A DNA stretch of 32,309 nucleotides from positions 1 through 32,309 of the forward strand of contig JBGCDR010000134.1 of the NCBI GenBank assembly GCA_045105515.1. The letters are read 5' to 3'. The translations under genes were made by a program, and so were the position numbers. Below are positions 1-9,833 of this stretch, piece by piece. Positions within the stretch are counted from its first letter, which is position 1, and each line of letters opens with the position of its first letter. Below the pieces are notes generated by a model. The model made no database searches and was not told the origin of the DNA. It saw only the letters and a program-made list of their open reading frames with translations. The DNA comes from Oligoflexales bacterium. GTDB taxonomy: Bacteria > Bdellovibrionota_B > Oligoflexia > Oligoflexales > Bog-1112.

Positions 1-29
1 GACAGGCCCCGTGAGAAGGAGTGAAGCAG

Positions 30-1655
30 ATGACAGAAAAATTAGCTGGCTTTATCAACCAACCTGAGTCCAATACCCGAAGGATCTTAGTCGTAGATGA
101 CGAGGTTGAGATCTTAGAAATTATGGAGGAGTTTTTACTCAACTCATTCCCAGAGGCACAGATCGTAACAGCAGATGATGGGCAAGAAGCGTTAAATCTA
201 GCATTAAAAAATCAATATGACATCATCTGTACAGATCATCGAATGCCGATAATGTCGGGAGCTGAATTTGTTAATAAGATTCGTGGAGATGAACACTCAA
301 TTAACAAAAACACCCCCATCTTATTTGTGACTTCATTTATAGATGATGCAAGGAAATCAATTAATTTTAAGGATGATATCTTTTTTCTCAATAAGCCTTT
401 TGATAGTGCTAATTTGGTCTTGTACGTAGATTCGGTGATGCTGAGGTCTGCTTTGGATGTGGCAAGTCAGAGAAAGAAACTTCTAGAGCTAGAGAAGGAT
501 TTTTATGAAAAACAGACTCGCATCATTCAAAGGGCAAGAGTGGCCTCTTATAGCGAGTTTAGTTCAGGAATTGCTCATGAATTAAATAATCCATTGGCGG
601 TGATCGAGGGATTGGCTTACATTTTGGAGCAAGATCCCAGTAAAGCAAACAGTTACAGCAAAAAGATAATTGAAAATGTAAGTAGAATGAAGATTATAAT
701 TAATCATTTGCGATCATTTTCAAATCTTGATCAACCTGAAGATTTATCAGTTTTCAATGTTAATGAGCTCTTACAAAATGCCCCAATTATGTTTTCTGAG
801 CGGATGCAGTTAGCTAAGGTAAACTTCGAGCTTGATAAAAAAGATGAACAGCTCTTGGTTGAGGCAAATAAAATGCAGCTTGCTAGAGTTTTTCAAATTC
901 TTGTACTCAATAGTATTGAAGCTTACGAGCGCTACCCTACAATAAGTGATCGCTCAATAACAATCACTTCCCAATTTGATGCTAAAAAAAATAAGCAAAT
1001 TCTTATTTCCTTTGTTGACCATGCCGGTGGTATCCCCGAGCACTTAAAGTTCAAAATTTTTGACCCTTTTACTTCCAGTAAGGACGAGGTGACTGGTGTA
1101 GGATTTGGCTTGTCAATTGCTTGGTCAGTTGTGGTCGGGATAGGAGGCGAGATTGATATTGAAGAAGTAGATGGGGGAGCAAATTTTCTAATCCGCTTAC
1201 CTGTTCATGAAGGTAAAATAATTGAAAGCAATTCATCTACACAAAATAGAGCTCTCAAACAAGCTAACGAAGCAGTCAAAATTAGTCCAGAAATCAAGCC
1301 GTTGGTTTTGATCGTAGATGATGAGTCCGAAATTTGCGATTTGTTGAAGTGTTATTTGGAAGAATTTTATGAAGTACATCATACTAGCTCGGCAAATTCA
1401 GCTTTGAAAATGGCAAGCCAACAAAGCTTCGATCTAGTTATCAGCGACTTTAAGATGCCAGAAATGGACGGGATCTTGTTGATTAATAAGATTGTTGAAC
1501 AGTCTCCAAACACTAAATTTATTCTAATAAGCGGTCATCTTGTAAGTATCGATACCCTGGGCTTTTCTGGAGGGAAGCAAAACCTAGGATTTATATCAAA
1601 ACCGTTTGGCGACCCAACTTCTATTTTAGATTATATAAAAGAGTTTATGTATTGA
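30..1655 (+). CDS. Cytoplasmic hybrid histidine kinase, REC-HisKA-HATPase_c-REC
   Basis: N-terminal receiver (ILVVDDE...DIICTDHRMP...FVTS...NKPF). H-box SGIAHELNNPL, N-box ILVLNSIEA, G1 DHAGGI, F/G2 IFDPF...GVGFGL. C-terminal receiver (VLIVDDE...DLVISDFKMP...LISG...SKPF). No TM segment. ATG at 30 follows AAGGAG (15-21); the ORF-track GTG at 21 is in frame. Confidence 0.93.
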   Translation: MTEKLAGFINQPESNTRRILVVDDEVEILEIMEEFLLNSFPEAQIVTADDGQEALNLALKNQYDIICTDHRMPIMSGAEFVNKIRGDEHSINKNTPILFVTSFIDDARKSINFKDDIFFLNKPFDSANLVLYVDSVMLRSALDVASQRKKLLELEKDFYEKQTRIIQRARVASYSEFSSGIAHELNNPLAVIEGLAYILEQDPSKANSYSKKIIENVSRMKIIINHLRSFSNLDQPEDLSVFNVNELLQNAPIMFSERMQLAKVNFELDKKDEQLLVEANKMQLARVFQILVLNSIEAYERYPTISDRSITITSQFDAKKNKQILISFVDHAGGIPEHLKFKIFDPFTSSKDEVTGVGFGLSIAWSVVVGIGGEIDIEEVDGGANFLIRLPVHEGKIIESNSSTQNRALKQANEAVKISPEIKPLVLIVDDESEICDLLKCYLEEFYEVHHTSSANSALKMASQQSFDLVISDFKMPEMDGILLINKIVEQSPNTKFILISGHLVSIDTLGFSGGKQNLGFISKPFGDPTSILDYIKEFMY

Positions 1656-1816
1656 ACCCAAAGCTGGAGCTTAAATTCTAAATCTCGTAATCTAAAAATA
1701 TATCGAAGATTGGCTCAAATTCGAGTCATTCTGAGCAAAATCGAGGGATCTTAGGTACTTATCTGAAGACCTCTCCATTGCAAAGAATTTTTTTGAGAAT
1801 CAATGGGCCCAAGTGC

Positions 1817-2980
1817 TTATTTCGAACTCTGGGCATTTAGTTCTTTGGAGATTTCCCTTTGGTCATAACAGATAGGTAGAACAACTCTAAAAGTAGTTCC
1901 CACATTGATCTTGCTTTCTGCTTCTAACACCCCTCCAACTTCCTGACAGATGCCATAGCAAATGGATAGACCAAGGCCTGTCCCCTCACCTGGTTCTTTT
2001 GTGGTAAAGAATGGGTCAAATATCCTGGGAAGGTGACCATCATCAATGCCTATACCCGAATCCTCAATTTCCCAAATTCCCATTTCTACATCTCCCCGGG
2101 TTTCTTTGTACGACTTCAGGTGAAGGCTGCCACCATCAGGCATGGCCTGGAAAGCATTTTGCATAAGATTCAGAAATAATTGTATAAAATTATTTCGGTC
2201 ACCTACAACGAGGAGTCTATCTTTTGACCAGGTCTCGGTGATTTCAGTTTTTTTAGCATTGCTGTGGACTTTAGCAAACCTCAAGGCGCTCCTCAGAGCT
2301 TCTGTAACATCGATAGGGCTTTTTTCTTTGGGTCTGATATCTGATGGCTGACTTCTAGCAAAGTCGAGAAGTCGTTCAACGATTCCCTTACATCTCTGGG
2401 TTGCAGCTTCAATTTCCTTCACATCAGAATAAAATGGGCTGTCTTCAGGCATTTCTTTCATAAGCATTTGAGAAAAAATAAGAATCCCCCCCAAAGGGTT
2501 GTTTATTTCGTGGGCGATTCCCCCAGCTAGTAGTCCTATGGAAGCAAGCTTCTCACTTTGAACAAGCTGTTCCTGCAAAGCCTTAGCTTCGGTGCGGTCT
2601 CGGTATACCTGTACACACCCCTCCATCTTACCCGTGGAGCTGTATACGGGTTGAGAGCTTACTTCAAAGAAATAGTTTTTGCGTACATCTTTGAGGTTAT
2701 AGTTGCATGGTTTGCCTGTTTGGGATGCTTGCTTCATCATACATCCATCACATGGCTTGTCTCGGTTTGCAAATATTTTATAGCATTTCTTCCCTAATAT
2801 ATCGGGGATATCCTTATGCTGGGTAAATTCAGCCATGGAGCGATTTGCTTTGGTGATTGTATACTCTAAATCTACAATTATGAGTGGGTCTACGAGTGCA
2901 TCTATGGTTGCAACCCACTTACTCTTTAGCTCCTCGACAAATGCGACTAATTCTTCTGAGGATTTTTCATTTTCAGCCAT
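1817..2980 (-). CDS. PAS-domain histidine kinase (NtrB-like), cytoplasmic
   Basis: PAS-like N-terminus (WVATIDALVDPLIIVD...ANRS...CYKIF). QLVQSEKLASIGLLAGGIAHEINNPL H-box, LNLMQNAFQAM N-box, DSGIGI G1, IFDPFFTTKEPGEGTGLGLSI F/G2. Confidence 0.93.
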   Translation of the reverse strand: MAENEKSSEELVAFVEELKSKWVATIDALVDPLIIVDLEYTITKANRSMAEFTQHKDIPDILGKKCYKIFANRDKPCDGCMMKQASQTGKPCNYNLKDVRKNYFFEVSSQPVYSSTGKMEGCVQVYRDRTEAKALQEQLVQSEKLASIGLLAGGIAHEINNPLGGILIFSQMLMKEMPEDSPFYSDVKEIEAATQRCKGIVERLLDFARSQPSDIRPKEKSPIDVTEALRSALRFAKVHSNAKKTEITETWSKDRLLVVGDRNNFIQLFLNLMQNAFQAMPDGGSLHLKSYKETRGDVEMGIWEIEDSGIGIDDGHLPRIFDPFFTTKEPGEGTGLGLSICYGICQEVGGVLEAESKINVGTTFRVVLPICYDQREISKELNAQSSK

Positions 2981-3019
2981 AAGTAAGCAACCTAATGTAT
3001 AAAATGTTGACTTACATGA

Positions 3020-3046
3020 GCATCGGATTTTTAGCTGAAAAGTTTA
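3020..3046 (-). promoter_or_regulatory. Putative sigma28 (FliA) promoter for the PAS kinase
   Basis: Minus strand TAAA(3046-3043)-N15-TCCGATGC(3027-3020) versus consensus TAAA-N15-GCCGATAA; ~40 nt upstream of the ATG at 2980. Confidence 0.65.
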
Positions 3047-3077
3047 GAGGCAAAGGTGGGAATAAGAGAAAGTGAGC

Positions 3078-5702
3078 TTAGTGGGTCAGTGAGATGGATG
3101 CTTCTTTAGCATTTGCCTCAGTGATTTTTTCTAGCTTGCGAAATAGCTCATCTTCTCCTTCATCGCCATCCTTATGATTCCATACCAAGGCATGCATGAG
3201 GACTTCATCCATATGGGAAACTGGGACGAACTCCATATCCTTTTTGGTGGTTTTAGGAATATCGTGAAGATCCTTAACATTATCTATTGGAAAGATGACT
3301 TTTGAAATTCCACCTCTGTGTGCTGCGAGGGCTTTTTCTTTCAATCCTCCTATTGGTAGAGAGCGGCCTCGCAGGGTGATTTCCCCTGTCATAGCAATGT
3401 TTTTGCTAATAGGGCGATTGGTAAGGGCGCTGGTCAAGGCAGTTGCCATGCACAAGCCAGCAGATGGCCCATCCTTTGGAATTGCTCCCTCAGGAACGTG
3501 TATATGGATATCAATTTTTTGGTAAAATTCCTCTTCTAAGCCAAGAAATTCAGCTCTTGAGCGGACATAACTTAGAGCTGCTTGAGCCGATTCTTGCATG
3601 ACATCACCAAGCTTACCTGTAATGGTTAGTTTTCCCTTGCCTGGAAGAATTGCAACCTCGATCATCAGCAATTCCCCGCCTGTCGAAGTCCAAGCTAAGC
3701 CAGTGCAAAGACCCACTTCGTCATTGTCATTCTGTAAACCGATTCTGTACTTTCTTGGTCCAAGATATTTTTGAATAGATTTTGCTGTTATTTGTTCTTT
3801 GATCTCTACTTCTTCTGCTGGAATATCCAAGTATGAGTCGGGAGTAATCTCTTCTTCAGGTTTACCATCGGCTAGGGCCTCTGTTGCTAATGGCTCGTCT
3901 GTGTCGTTTGGATCAATCTCTATCTGCTTGCCAGAAATAATAGGTTTTCGTTCAACTGGCTTACTTGACTCTTCTTCATGCTCAATAGCATCCTTGGAAA
4001 ACTTTTTCATATGCTTACGTGCTGATTTTCTAAGAACTGAGGCTATTTCTCGCTCTAAATTTCGTACCCCAGCTTCTCGAGTATAGTATTGAATAAGCTC
4101 TTTTATGGCTTTTTGATGAAAAGTAATGTTCTTATCTGCAAGTCCATTTTCTTTTATCTGTTTTGGAACGAGGTATTTATGCGCAATTTGTAATTTTTCC
4201 TCTTCGGTGTAGCCTGCGAGGCTAATAAGTTCCATCCGATCTAATAAAGGCAGTGGTATACCATCCAATGAGTTAGCTGTTGCGATAAATAAGCACTTGG
4301 ACAAATCGTAGTCGAGGTCAAGGTAGTGATCGTTGAAATTTATGTTTTGCTCAGGATCGAGGACTTCCAATAAGGCTGCTGAGGGATCTCCACGATAATC
4401 TTGACTGATCTTGTCAACCTCATCCAGGAGTATGACTGGATTGGACGAACCAGCTTTTTTTATGCTCATGATGATCTTGCCAGGCATGGAACCTATATAG
4501 GTTTTTCGATGTCCTCTGATCTCAGCTTGATCTCTAACGCCCCCGAAGCTAATGCGAATGAATTTTCGGCTGAGCGATTCAGCTACGCTGCGAGCGAGTG
4601 ATGTCTTTCCGACACCTGGAGGTCCAACCAAACAGAGGATTGGTCCTTTCATCAGATCAACCAAATTCTTGACAGCAAGGTATTCAAGGATTCGGTCTTT
4701 AACTTTCTCCAGCCCGAAGTGATCGCGGTTTAATACTGCTTCAGCATAAGCTAGGTTTTTAACATCTTTTGTATACTCATTCCAAGGTAAAGAAAGAACA
4801 GTCTCTATGTAGTTTCGCACTACAGTTGCTTCGGCTGACATTGGAGACATGAACTTTAACTTTTTTACCTCTTTGGCAAGCTTTTCTTTTGCTTCACTAG
4901 AGAGGTTTTTCTTTTTAATGAGAGCTTCCATTTCTAAGATTTCAGAATGGGAGTCATCCTTGTCTCCCAGCTCTTTTTGGATAGCTGCCATTTGTTCGTT
5001 TAAATAATATTCCTTCTGAGTTTTTTCCATTTGCCGTTTTACACGGGCTCTAATTTTTTTCTCAACCCTCATTATCTCAATCTCTGATTGGATGAAGCCA
5101 TAGAGTTCTTCTAAACGCTTTCTGGGGTTTGCTTCTTCCAATAGCTTCTGTTTGTCCTGCAATTTTAAGTTGGACAAATGGGCTACAAGGGTGTCGGCCA
5201 ATTTTGATTCGTTATCTATCTGGGAAATGGATAGTAGCATTTCAGGAGGAATACGTTTATTTAAGCGAACGTAGTTGTCAAAAGCCATTTTGACTGTACG
5301 GACTAATGCTTCATTTTCTACACTGTCTGCACTTTCTTCCTCTAACGTAGAGGCTTCAACGAAGAAAAAATTTTCAGTTTGAACATAATCATGAATACGA
5401 GCGCGGGAGTGGCCTTCCACAAGTACTTTGACAGTTCCATCGGGGAGCCTTAGAAGCTGCAAGATATTTGAGATGGTGCCAACTCGATAGATGTCTTCGA
5501 TTTCTGGGTCATTGGTTTTAGCTTTAATCTGCGCAGCAAGCAGGATCTCTTTATTTGCTGCCATTGCATGCTCTAAAGCTTGAATAGATTTATCCCTGCC
5601 CACAAATAAGGGTACGACAGTTGCGGGAAACACAAGGATGTCTCTTAATGGGAGTAAGGGGATCTTAATTTTCTGATCTTTTTTTTCATGTCCGTCTGGC
5701 AT
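3078..5702 (-). CDS. lon: ATP-dependent protease La (LonA)
   Basis: N-domain PLLPLRD, Walker [10 protein letters not shown], Walker B ILLDEVDK, catalytic Ser in PKDGPSAG and Lys in IGGLKEK; SD AGGAGG upstream. Confidence 0.98.
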   Translation of the reverse strand: MPDGHEKKDQKIKIPLLPLRDILVFPATVVPLFVGRDKSIQALEHAMAANKEILLAAQIKAKTNDPEIEDIYRVGTISNILQLLRLPDGTVKVLVEGHSRARIHDYVQTENFFFVEASTLEEESADSVENEALVRTVKMAFDNYVRLNKRIPPEMLLSISQIDNESKLADTLVAHLSNLKLQDKQKLLEEANPRKRLEELYGFIQSEIEIMRVEKKIRARVKRQMEKTQKEYYLNEQMAAIQKELGDKDDSHSEILEMEALIKKKNLSSEAKEKLAKEVKKLKFMSPMSAEATVVRNYIETVLSLPWNEYTKDVKNLAYAEAVLNRDHFGLEKVKDRILEYLAVKNLVDLMKGPILCLVGPPGVGKTSLARSVAESLSRKFIRISFGGVRDQAEIRGHRKTYIGSMPGKIIMSIKKAGSSNPVILLDEVDKISQDYRGDPSAALLEVLDPEQNINFNDHYLDLDYDLSKCLFIATANSLDGIPLPLLDRMELISLAGYTEEEKLQIAHKYLVPKQIKENGLADKNITFHQKAIKELIQYYTREAGVRNLEREIASVLRKSARKHMKKFSKDAIEHEEESSKPVERKPIISGKQIEIDPNDTDEPLATEALADGKPEEEITPDSYLDIPAEEVEIKEQITAKSIQKYLGPRKYRIGLQNDNDEVGLCTGLAWTSTGGELLMIEVAILPGKGKLTITGKLGDVMQESAQAALSYVRSRAEFLGLEEEFYQKIDIHIHVPEGAIPKDGPSAGLCMATALTSALTNRPISKNIAMTGEITLRGRSLPIGGLKEKALAAHRGGISKVIFPIDNVKDLHDIPKTTKKDMEFVPVSHMDEVLMHALVWNHKDGDEGEDELFRKLEKITEANAKEASISLTH

Positions 5703-5891
5703 GATGAGACATCCTCCTAGTAAAAAGATGTTGTTACAAAGAGTATCGGCATTTCCCCCAGGAATTGCATTATGATTTGTGGTTTATGGGATGGTTATAC
5801 TAGTATTTTAACTTAAAGATAGTTCCTAGGCGAGTGAGGATGATTGTATAAATCTCGATGAAGTGCCACTCCTCCGAGTAATTAATGGATG

Positions 5892-7199
5892 TTAGTGGCT
5901 TGAACCCGCCCCAAACTCCTTTGCAGGACTATCTTTTTTTTCCTGCTCAGCGAGTTCTTTTTGCTCAGCTTCCGAACGGAAGACCATGATGGGGTCAGCA
6001 TTTAGATCTATACATTCTTCGGTAATGATCACCTCTTTAAGGTCTTTTTGGCTTGGCATATCGTACATGATATCCAGCATTGATTCTTCGAGAATAGCTC
6101 TAAGACCCCTGGCGCCTGTTTTTCGTTTCAGAGCTTCTTTCACAACCGCGCGCAGCGAACCATCGGTAAATTTTAAATCTACGTTTTCAAACTCAAAGAG
6201 TTTTTTGAACTGTTTTACGATAGCGTTCTTAGGCTGAGTGAGGATCTGAATGAGTGTTTCTTCATCAAGTTCAGATAGCGCGCAAACCACGGGCACGCGG
6301 CCAATAAATTCAGGGATTAGGCCGAACTTCATGAGGTCTTCAGTTCTTACCTTAAGGAGAATATCTTTTCGCTCGCGATTCTTGGATTTAAGGTCAGCGC
6401 CAAAACCCATTGAACTAACTTCTATACGCTGAGAAATGATTTGTTCCAACCCAGCAAAAGCGCCGCCACAAATAAATAAGATATTAGTTGTGTCTACTTG
6501 TAGGAATTCTTGCTGAGGATGCTTGCGCCCCCCTCTAGGAGGAACATTTGCAATAGTGCCTTCGATTATTTTAAGAAGGGCTTGCTGCACACCTTCCCCT
6601 GAAACATCTCGGGTAATGGAAGGGTTCTCACCTTTTCTGGCAATCTTATCAATCTCATCAATGTAGCCGATCCCTCGTTGCGCTAACTCCACGTCATAAT
6701 CAGCACTTTGAAGCAAATTCAAAATGATATTTTCTACGTCTTCACCAACATAGCCGGCTTCGGTGAGGTTAGTTGCATCTGAAATGGTGAATGGAACATT
6801 GAGGATGCGTGCAAGTGTTTGTGCTAGCAAAGTCTTGCCGCTACCAGTTGGGCCAATCAACAAAATGTTTGATTTGGCAAGTTCGACCTCTTCGTCTTTC
6901 TCTTTGACTTTGGAATCTATTCTCTTGTAGTGGTTATGTACCGCTACTGAAAGAGTTTTCTTTGCTTGATCCTGCCCTATAATATAATCATCTAAGATCT
7001 TGCGAATGTCTTTTGGATTTGGAACCTTTCCACCAGGATCAAGGAGCTCTTCTTTTTCCACCTCTTCAGCGATAATATCGTTGCAAAGCTGGATACATTC
7101 GTCGCAGATATAGACGTTAGGGCCAGCGATCAATTTCTTTACCTCTCGCTGACCTTTGCCGCAAAAGCTACAATGCAACCCGCTGTCCTTAGCCGCCAT
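5892..7199 (-). CDS. clpX: ATP-dependent Clp protease ATP-binding subunit ClpX
   Basis: C4 zinc finger CSFCGK...ICDECIQLC, Walker A GPTGSGKT, pore loop [26 protein letters not shown] loop, MGF (IGF-type) loop, TGARGLR. Confidence 0.98.
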   Translation of the reverse strand: MAAKDSGLHCSFCGKGQREVKKLIAGPNVYICDECIQLCNDIIAEEVEKEELLDPGGKVPNPKDIRKILDDYIIGQDQAKKTLSVAVHNHYKRIDSKVKEKDEEVELAKSNILLIGPTGSGKTLLAQTLARILNVPFTISDATNLTEAGYVGEDVENIILNLLQSADYDVELAQRGIGYIDEIDKIARKGENPSITRDVSGEGVQQALLKIIEGTIANVPPRGGRKHPQQEFLQVDTTNILFICGGAFAGLEQIISQRIEVSSMGFGADLKSKNRERKDILLKVRTEDLMKFGLIPEFIGRVPVVCALSELDEETLIQILTQPKNAIVKQFKKLFEFENVDLKFTDGSLRAVVKEALKRKTGARGLRAILEESMLDIMYDMPSQKDLKEVIITEECIDLNADPIMVFRSEAEQKELAEQEKKDSPAKEFGAGSSH

Positions 7200-7250
7200 T
7201 TCATTTCCTCCTTAAAACCGGAGTTGCCTTTTTTAACAAAGCCAACACAT

Positions 7251-7877
7251 TCAAGTTACTGGATCGCTATGATCCGATTCCGGGCTCTTACTCTTCTTGA
7301 CGCTGCCTACAACTTCGTCTATCAGGCCATAATCTTTAGCTTCTTGGGCAGACATAAAGTTATCACGATCGATATCTTTTATTATCTGCTCTGGATCTCG
7401 TCCAGTGTGTTTTCCTAACAAGCCGCACATGCGATGTTTTAGGTTTATAATTTCTTGGGCTTGAATATTTATATCCGTCGCCTGTCCAGTGGCACCACCT
7501 AAAGGTTGGTGGATCATAATACGGGCATTTGGTAAGCTATAGCGCTTTCCATGTTCCCCAGCCGCAAGCAACCATGCACCCATACTGGCACACTGACCAA
7601 TGCAGTAAGTTCGCACATCTGGCCTAATGTGCTGCATGGCATCGTAGATAGCCATTCCAGCAGTTACTGAGCCTCCTGGGGAGTTAATATATAGATGGAT
7701 ATCCTTGTCGGGGTCTTCGCTTTCTAAAAACAGCAGCTGTGCAACAATCACATTGGCTACTTCGTCCATAACCGGAGTGCCCAGCAAAATGATCCGGTCT
7801 CTAAGCAATCTCGAATAGATATCGAAGCTTCGCTCTCCGCGACTTGTGTTTTCAATAACCATGGGTATGAGTGACAT
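7251..7877 (-). CDS. clpP: ATP-dependent Clp protease proteolytic subunit
   Basis: LIPMVIE...[20 protein letters not shown]; catalytic triad in CASMG (Ser), MIHQP (His) and RDNFM (Asp). Confidence 0.98.
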   Translation of the reverse strand: MSLIPMVIENTSRGERSFDIYSRLLRDRIILLGTPVMDEVANVIVAQLLFLESEDPDKDIHLYINSPGGSVTAGMAIYDAMQHIRPDVRTYCIGQCASMGAWLLAAGEHGKRYSLPNARIMIHQPLGGATGQATDINIQAQEIINLKHRMCGLLGKHTGRDPEQIIKDIDRDNFMSAQEAKDYGLIDEVVGSVKKSKSPESDHSDPVT

Positions 7878-8103
7878 TTTTAATCAGCTCCTAAAATATG
7901 ATGAGCGCCTTCGTTTACAACAGAGCAGATACTCCCGCTGTTCACCATAAGTCAGAAATATCCCTAAGACAAGATTCTTCGTAATTTCTTTCGTCATGTA
8001 ATCTGATTTCTTTAATACAAAGAGTTCTGTAAATAAGTTTTATTCAAGGTTTTTCGGGAAAAATAAGAGAAGAAAGGAGAAGAAGGACTGTAAATTTTTG
8101 AAC

Positions 8104-9390
8104 TTACAGCACTGCAGCTTCTTTGTTTACTTTTGCATTTTCGGCTAGGAAGTTAATTGCTTTTTCAAATAAGAGATTTTCGCGAATGCGTTCTCCAAAT
8201 TTACTGATTGTGTTAGAGACCTGTTGCTCGACATTTTCATCACCATCTTGAGCAAACTTGGAGACATGTTCTTTGATTTCATCATCACTGACTTCAAGCT
8301 TTTCACTTTTAATCACTTCCCAAAGAATAATAGTATTCTGAGCTTTTACTTTAGCTTCAGCTCTAAATCTCTTGCGGATGGTTTCGTCTTTGAGAGCTTT
8401 TTCTTGATCTTTCTTATCTTTGAACCTTAATTCACCAATCATGCTATCAATAACCTGGTCAACCATCGCAGGTGGGACTTCAAAAGGAACTCGTTCAATC
8501 AAGCTACGAAGTAGTTGGCCTTCTAGTTCTTGCTTGGTCATGTTTTTTGCAGTGTCATCAAGTTGCTTTTTTAAGGAATCTTTTAATTCAGCAAGAGAAT
8601 CAAAATTGTTATCCTTGGCAAAATCATCATTTAATTCTGGAAAATCAACTAGATAAAGGTCGTCAAGTGAGATCTTAAAGTGAACGACTTTACTTGCAAG
8701 TTCTTTGTCGCCGAAGTCGGCGGGAATCTTGATGTCAACTTCCTTGGTCTCGCTTTTTTTCATGCCCAAAATGGCAGATTCTAACTCAGGGAAGATCTCT
8801 CCGCGGCCTAATGCAACGGGAGTTGATTTGACATCCATGTCCTTCAAGTCCTGGCCATCAATACTAGCTGTGTGGGAAATGACAGCTAATTGACCTTCTG
8901 TAGCAGGAGTTTGAACGTCTTCCAAGGCAGATGTTTTAGCATGGCGGCGTGTTAAAGCGGTTAGTTCTTTGTCCAGACTGGCGTCGTTTGCTTCGTATTC
9001 CTTGCAATCTATTTGTAGGCCTTTGTGCTGATCTTTAACTTCAATGCTAGGCATGACATCTACCACTGCGCTGAATTCATACTCGCTGTCACAACTTGGT
9101 GATCCTTTTACTTCAACAAAAGGACTTGCAACAGGCTTTACACCTTGGTCATTTATTGCGGTAAACAGATTGTCGTTTATCAGGCTTTCTCCAACTTCAT
9201 AAGAAACGCTGGCGCCATAAAGCTTCTTGATCACATGTATGGGAGCTTTCCCGGGCCGAAAGCCTTGGATTTTTGCCTTTTTTTTGAGCTTTTGATAGGC
9301 GGTATCAAAGGCTTTATTCACGGCTTCCGAGGAGACCACAACTTTCAACCTACGTTGAACACTATTAATTTCTTCTACAGTTGCTTTCAT
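8104..9390 (-). CDS. tig: Trigger factor
   Basis: Ribosome-binding signature IQGFRPGKAP, FKBP-like middle domain, canonical tig-clpP-clpX-lon order. ATG at 9390 (MKATVEE) follows AGGAG; the GTG at 9414 is an alternative start. Confidence 0.95.
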   Translation of the reverse strand: MKATVEEINSVQRRLKVVVSSEAVNKAFDTAYQKLKKKAKIQGFRPGKAPIHVIKKLYGASVSYEVGESLINDNLFTAINDQGVKPVASPFVEVKGSPSCDSEYEFSAVVDVMPSIEVKDQHKGLQIDCKEYEANDASLDKELTALTRRHAKTSALEDVQTPATEGQLAVISHTASIDGQDLKDMDVKSTPVALGRGEIFPELESAILGMKKSETKEVDIKIPADFGDKELASKVVHFKISLDDLYLVDFPELNDDFAKDNNFDSLAELKDSLKKQLDDTAKNMTKQELEGQLLRSLIERVPFEVPPAMVDQVIDSMIGELRFKDKKDQEKALKDETIRKRFRAEAKVKAQNTIILWEVIKSEKLEVSDDEIKEHVSKFAQDGDENVEQQVSNTISKFGERIRENLLFEKAINFLAENAKVNKEAAVL

Positions 9391-9477
9391 AGACAAAGTT
9401 ATCTCCTGGGACACGACTCATTAAAGATAATGAAGGTTTTTTTAATAGCTTCGCACTAGCCATTATGAGAAGGCGGT

Positions 9478-9506
9478 ATTGTACACCTTCGCTGGCCCAC
9501 TGTCAA
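9478..9506 (-). promoter_or_regulatory. sigma70-type promoter for the tig-clp-lon cluster
   Basis: Minus strand TTGACA(9506-9501)-N17-TACAAT(9483-9478), followed by a GC-rich discriminator ACCGCC. Confidence 0.75.
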
Positions 9507-9586
9507 TTGGTGTAATGTACCTTAAAAGTGGAGAAGGACAAGGCTTTGAGGCCTCTTAATAAAGGTGTGTGCCCATTGAATTCTTA

Positions 9587-9599
9587 TAACATTTTGATA
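9587..9599 (-). promoter_or_regulatory. Putative IHF-like binding site
   Basis: Minus strand TATCAAAATGTTA is an exact match to WATCAANNNNTTR, ~80 bp upstream of the tig -35 element. Confidence 0.4.
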
Positions 9600-9833
9600 T
9601 AGATGAATTTTTATTCCCCCCTTATAGAAAGCCCCATCTTTTAGACCGACTTCATCAAGGCTTCTTTTGAAGTTGAGGTCTTTGTTTTCTTAGAGATGAG
9701 TAAGAATTTTCTGCTTATAGTTTGTGTAGAATTTTTTGGATTTTTTTCTAGTGGTAGATCAGCGCTAAATTGCTGGATTTGTATTATCTCCTTAAAATCC
9801 ATTAGAGATGGCAATAAACCTCAATAGGGAGGT

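Noticed and set aside
3790..4013. Lon insertion as an intein
   Set aside because: Too short, with no N-terminal Cys/Ser block, no C-terminal His-Asn and no endonuclease motifs.
7878..8103. Heat-shock elements (sigma32 promoter or CIRCE) before clpP
   Set aside because: CTTGAA is present on the minus strand near 8043-8048 but no CCCCAT follows at the right spacing, and there is no TTAGCACTC-N9-GAGTGCTAA.
9415..9833. Expected tRNA gene upstream of tig
   Set aside because: No T-loop GTTCRA motif or cloverleaf could be found on either strand by eye.
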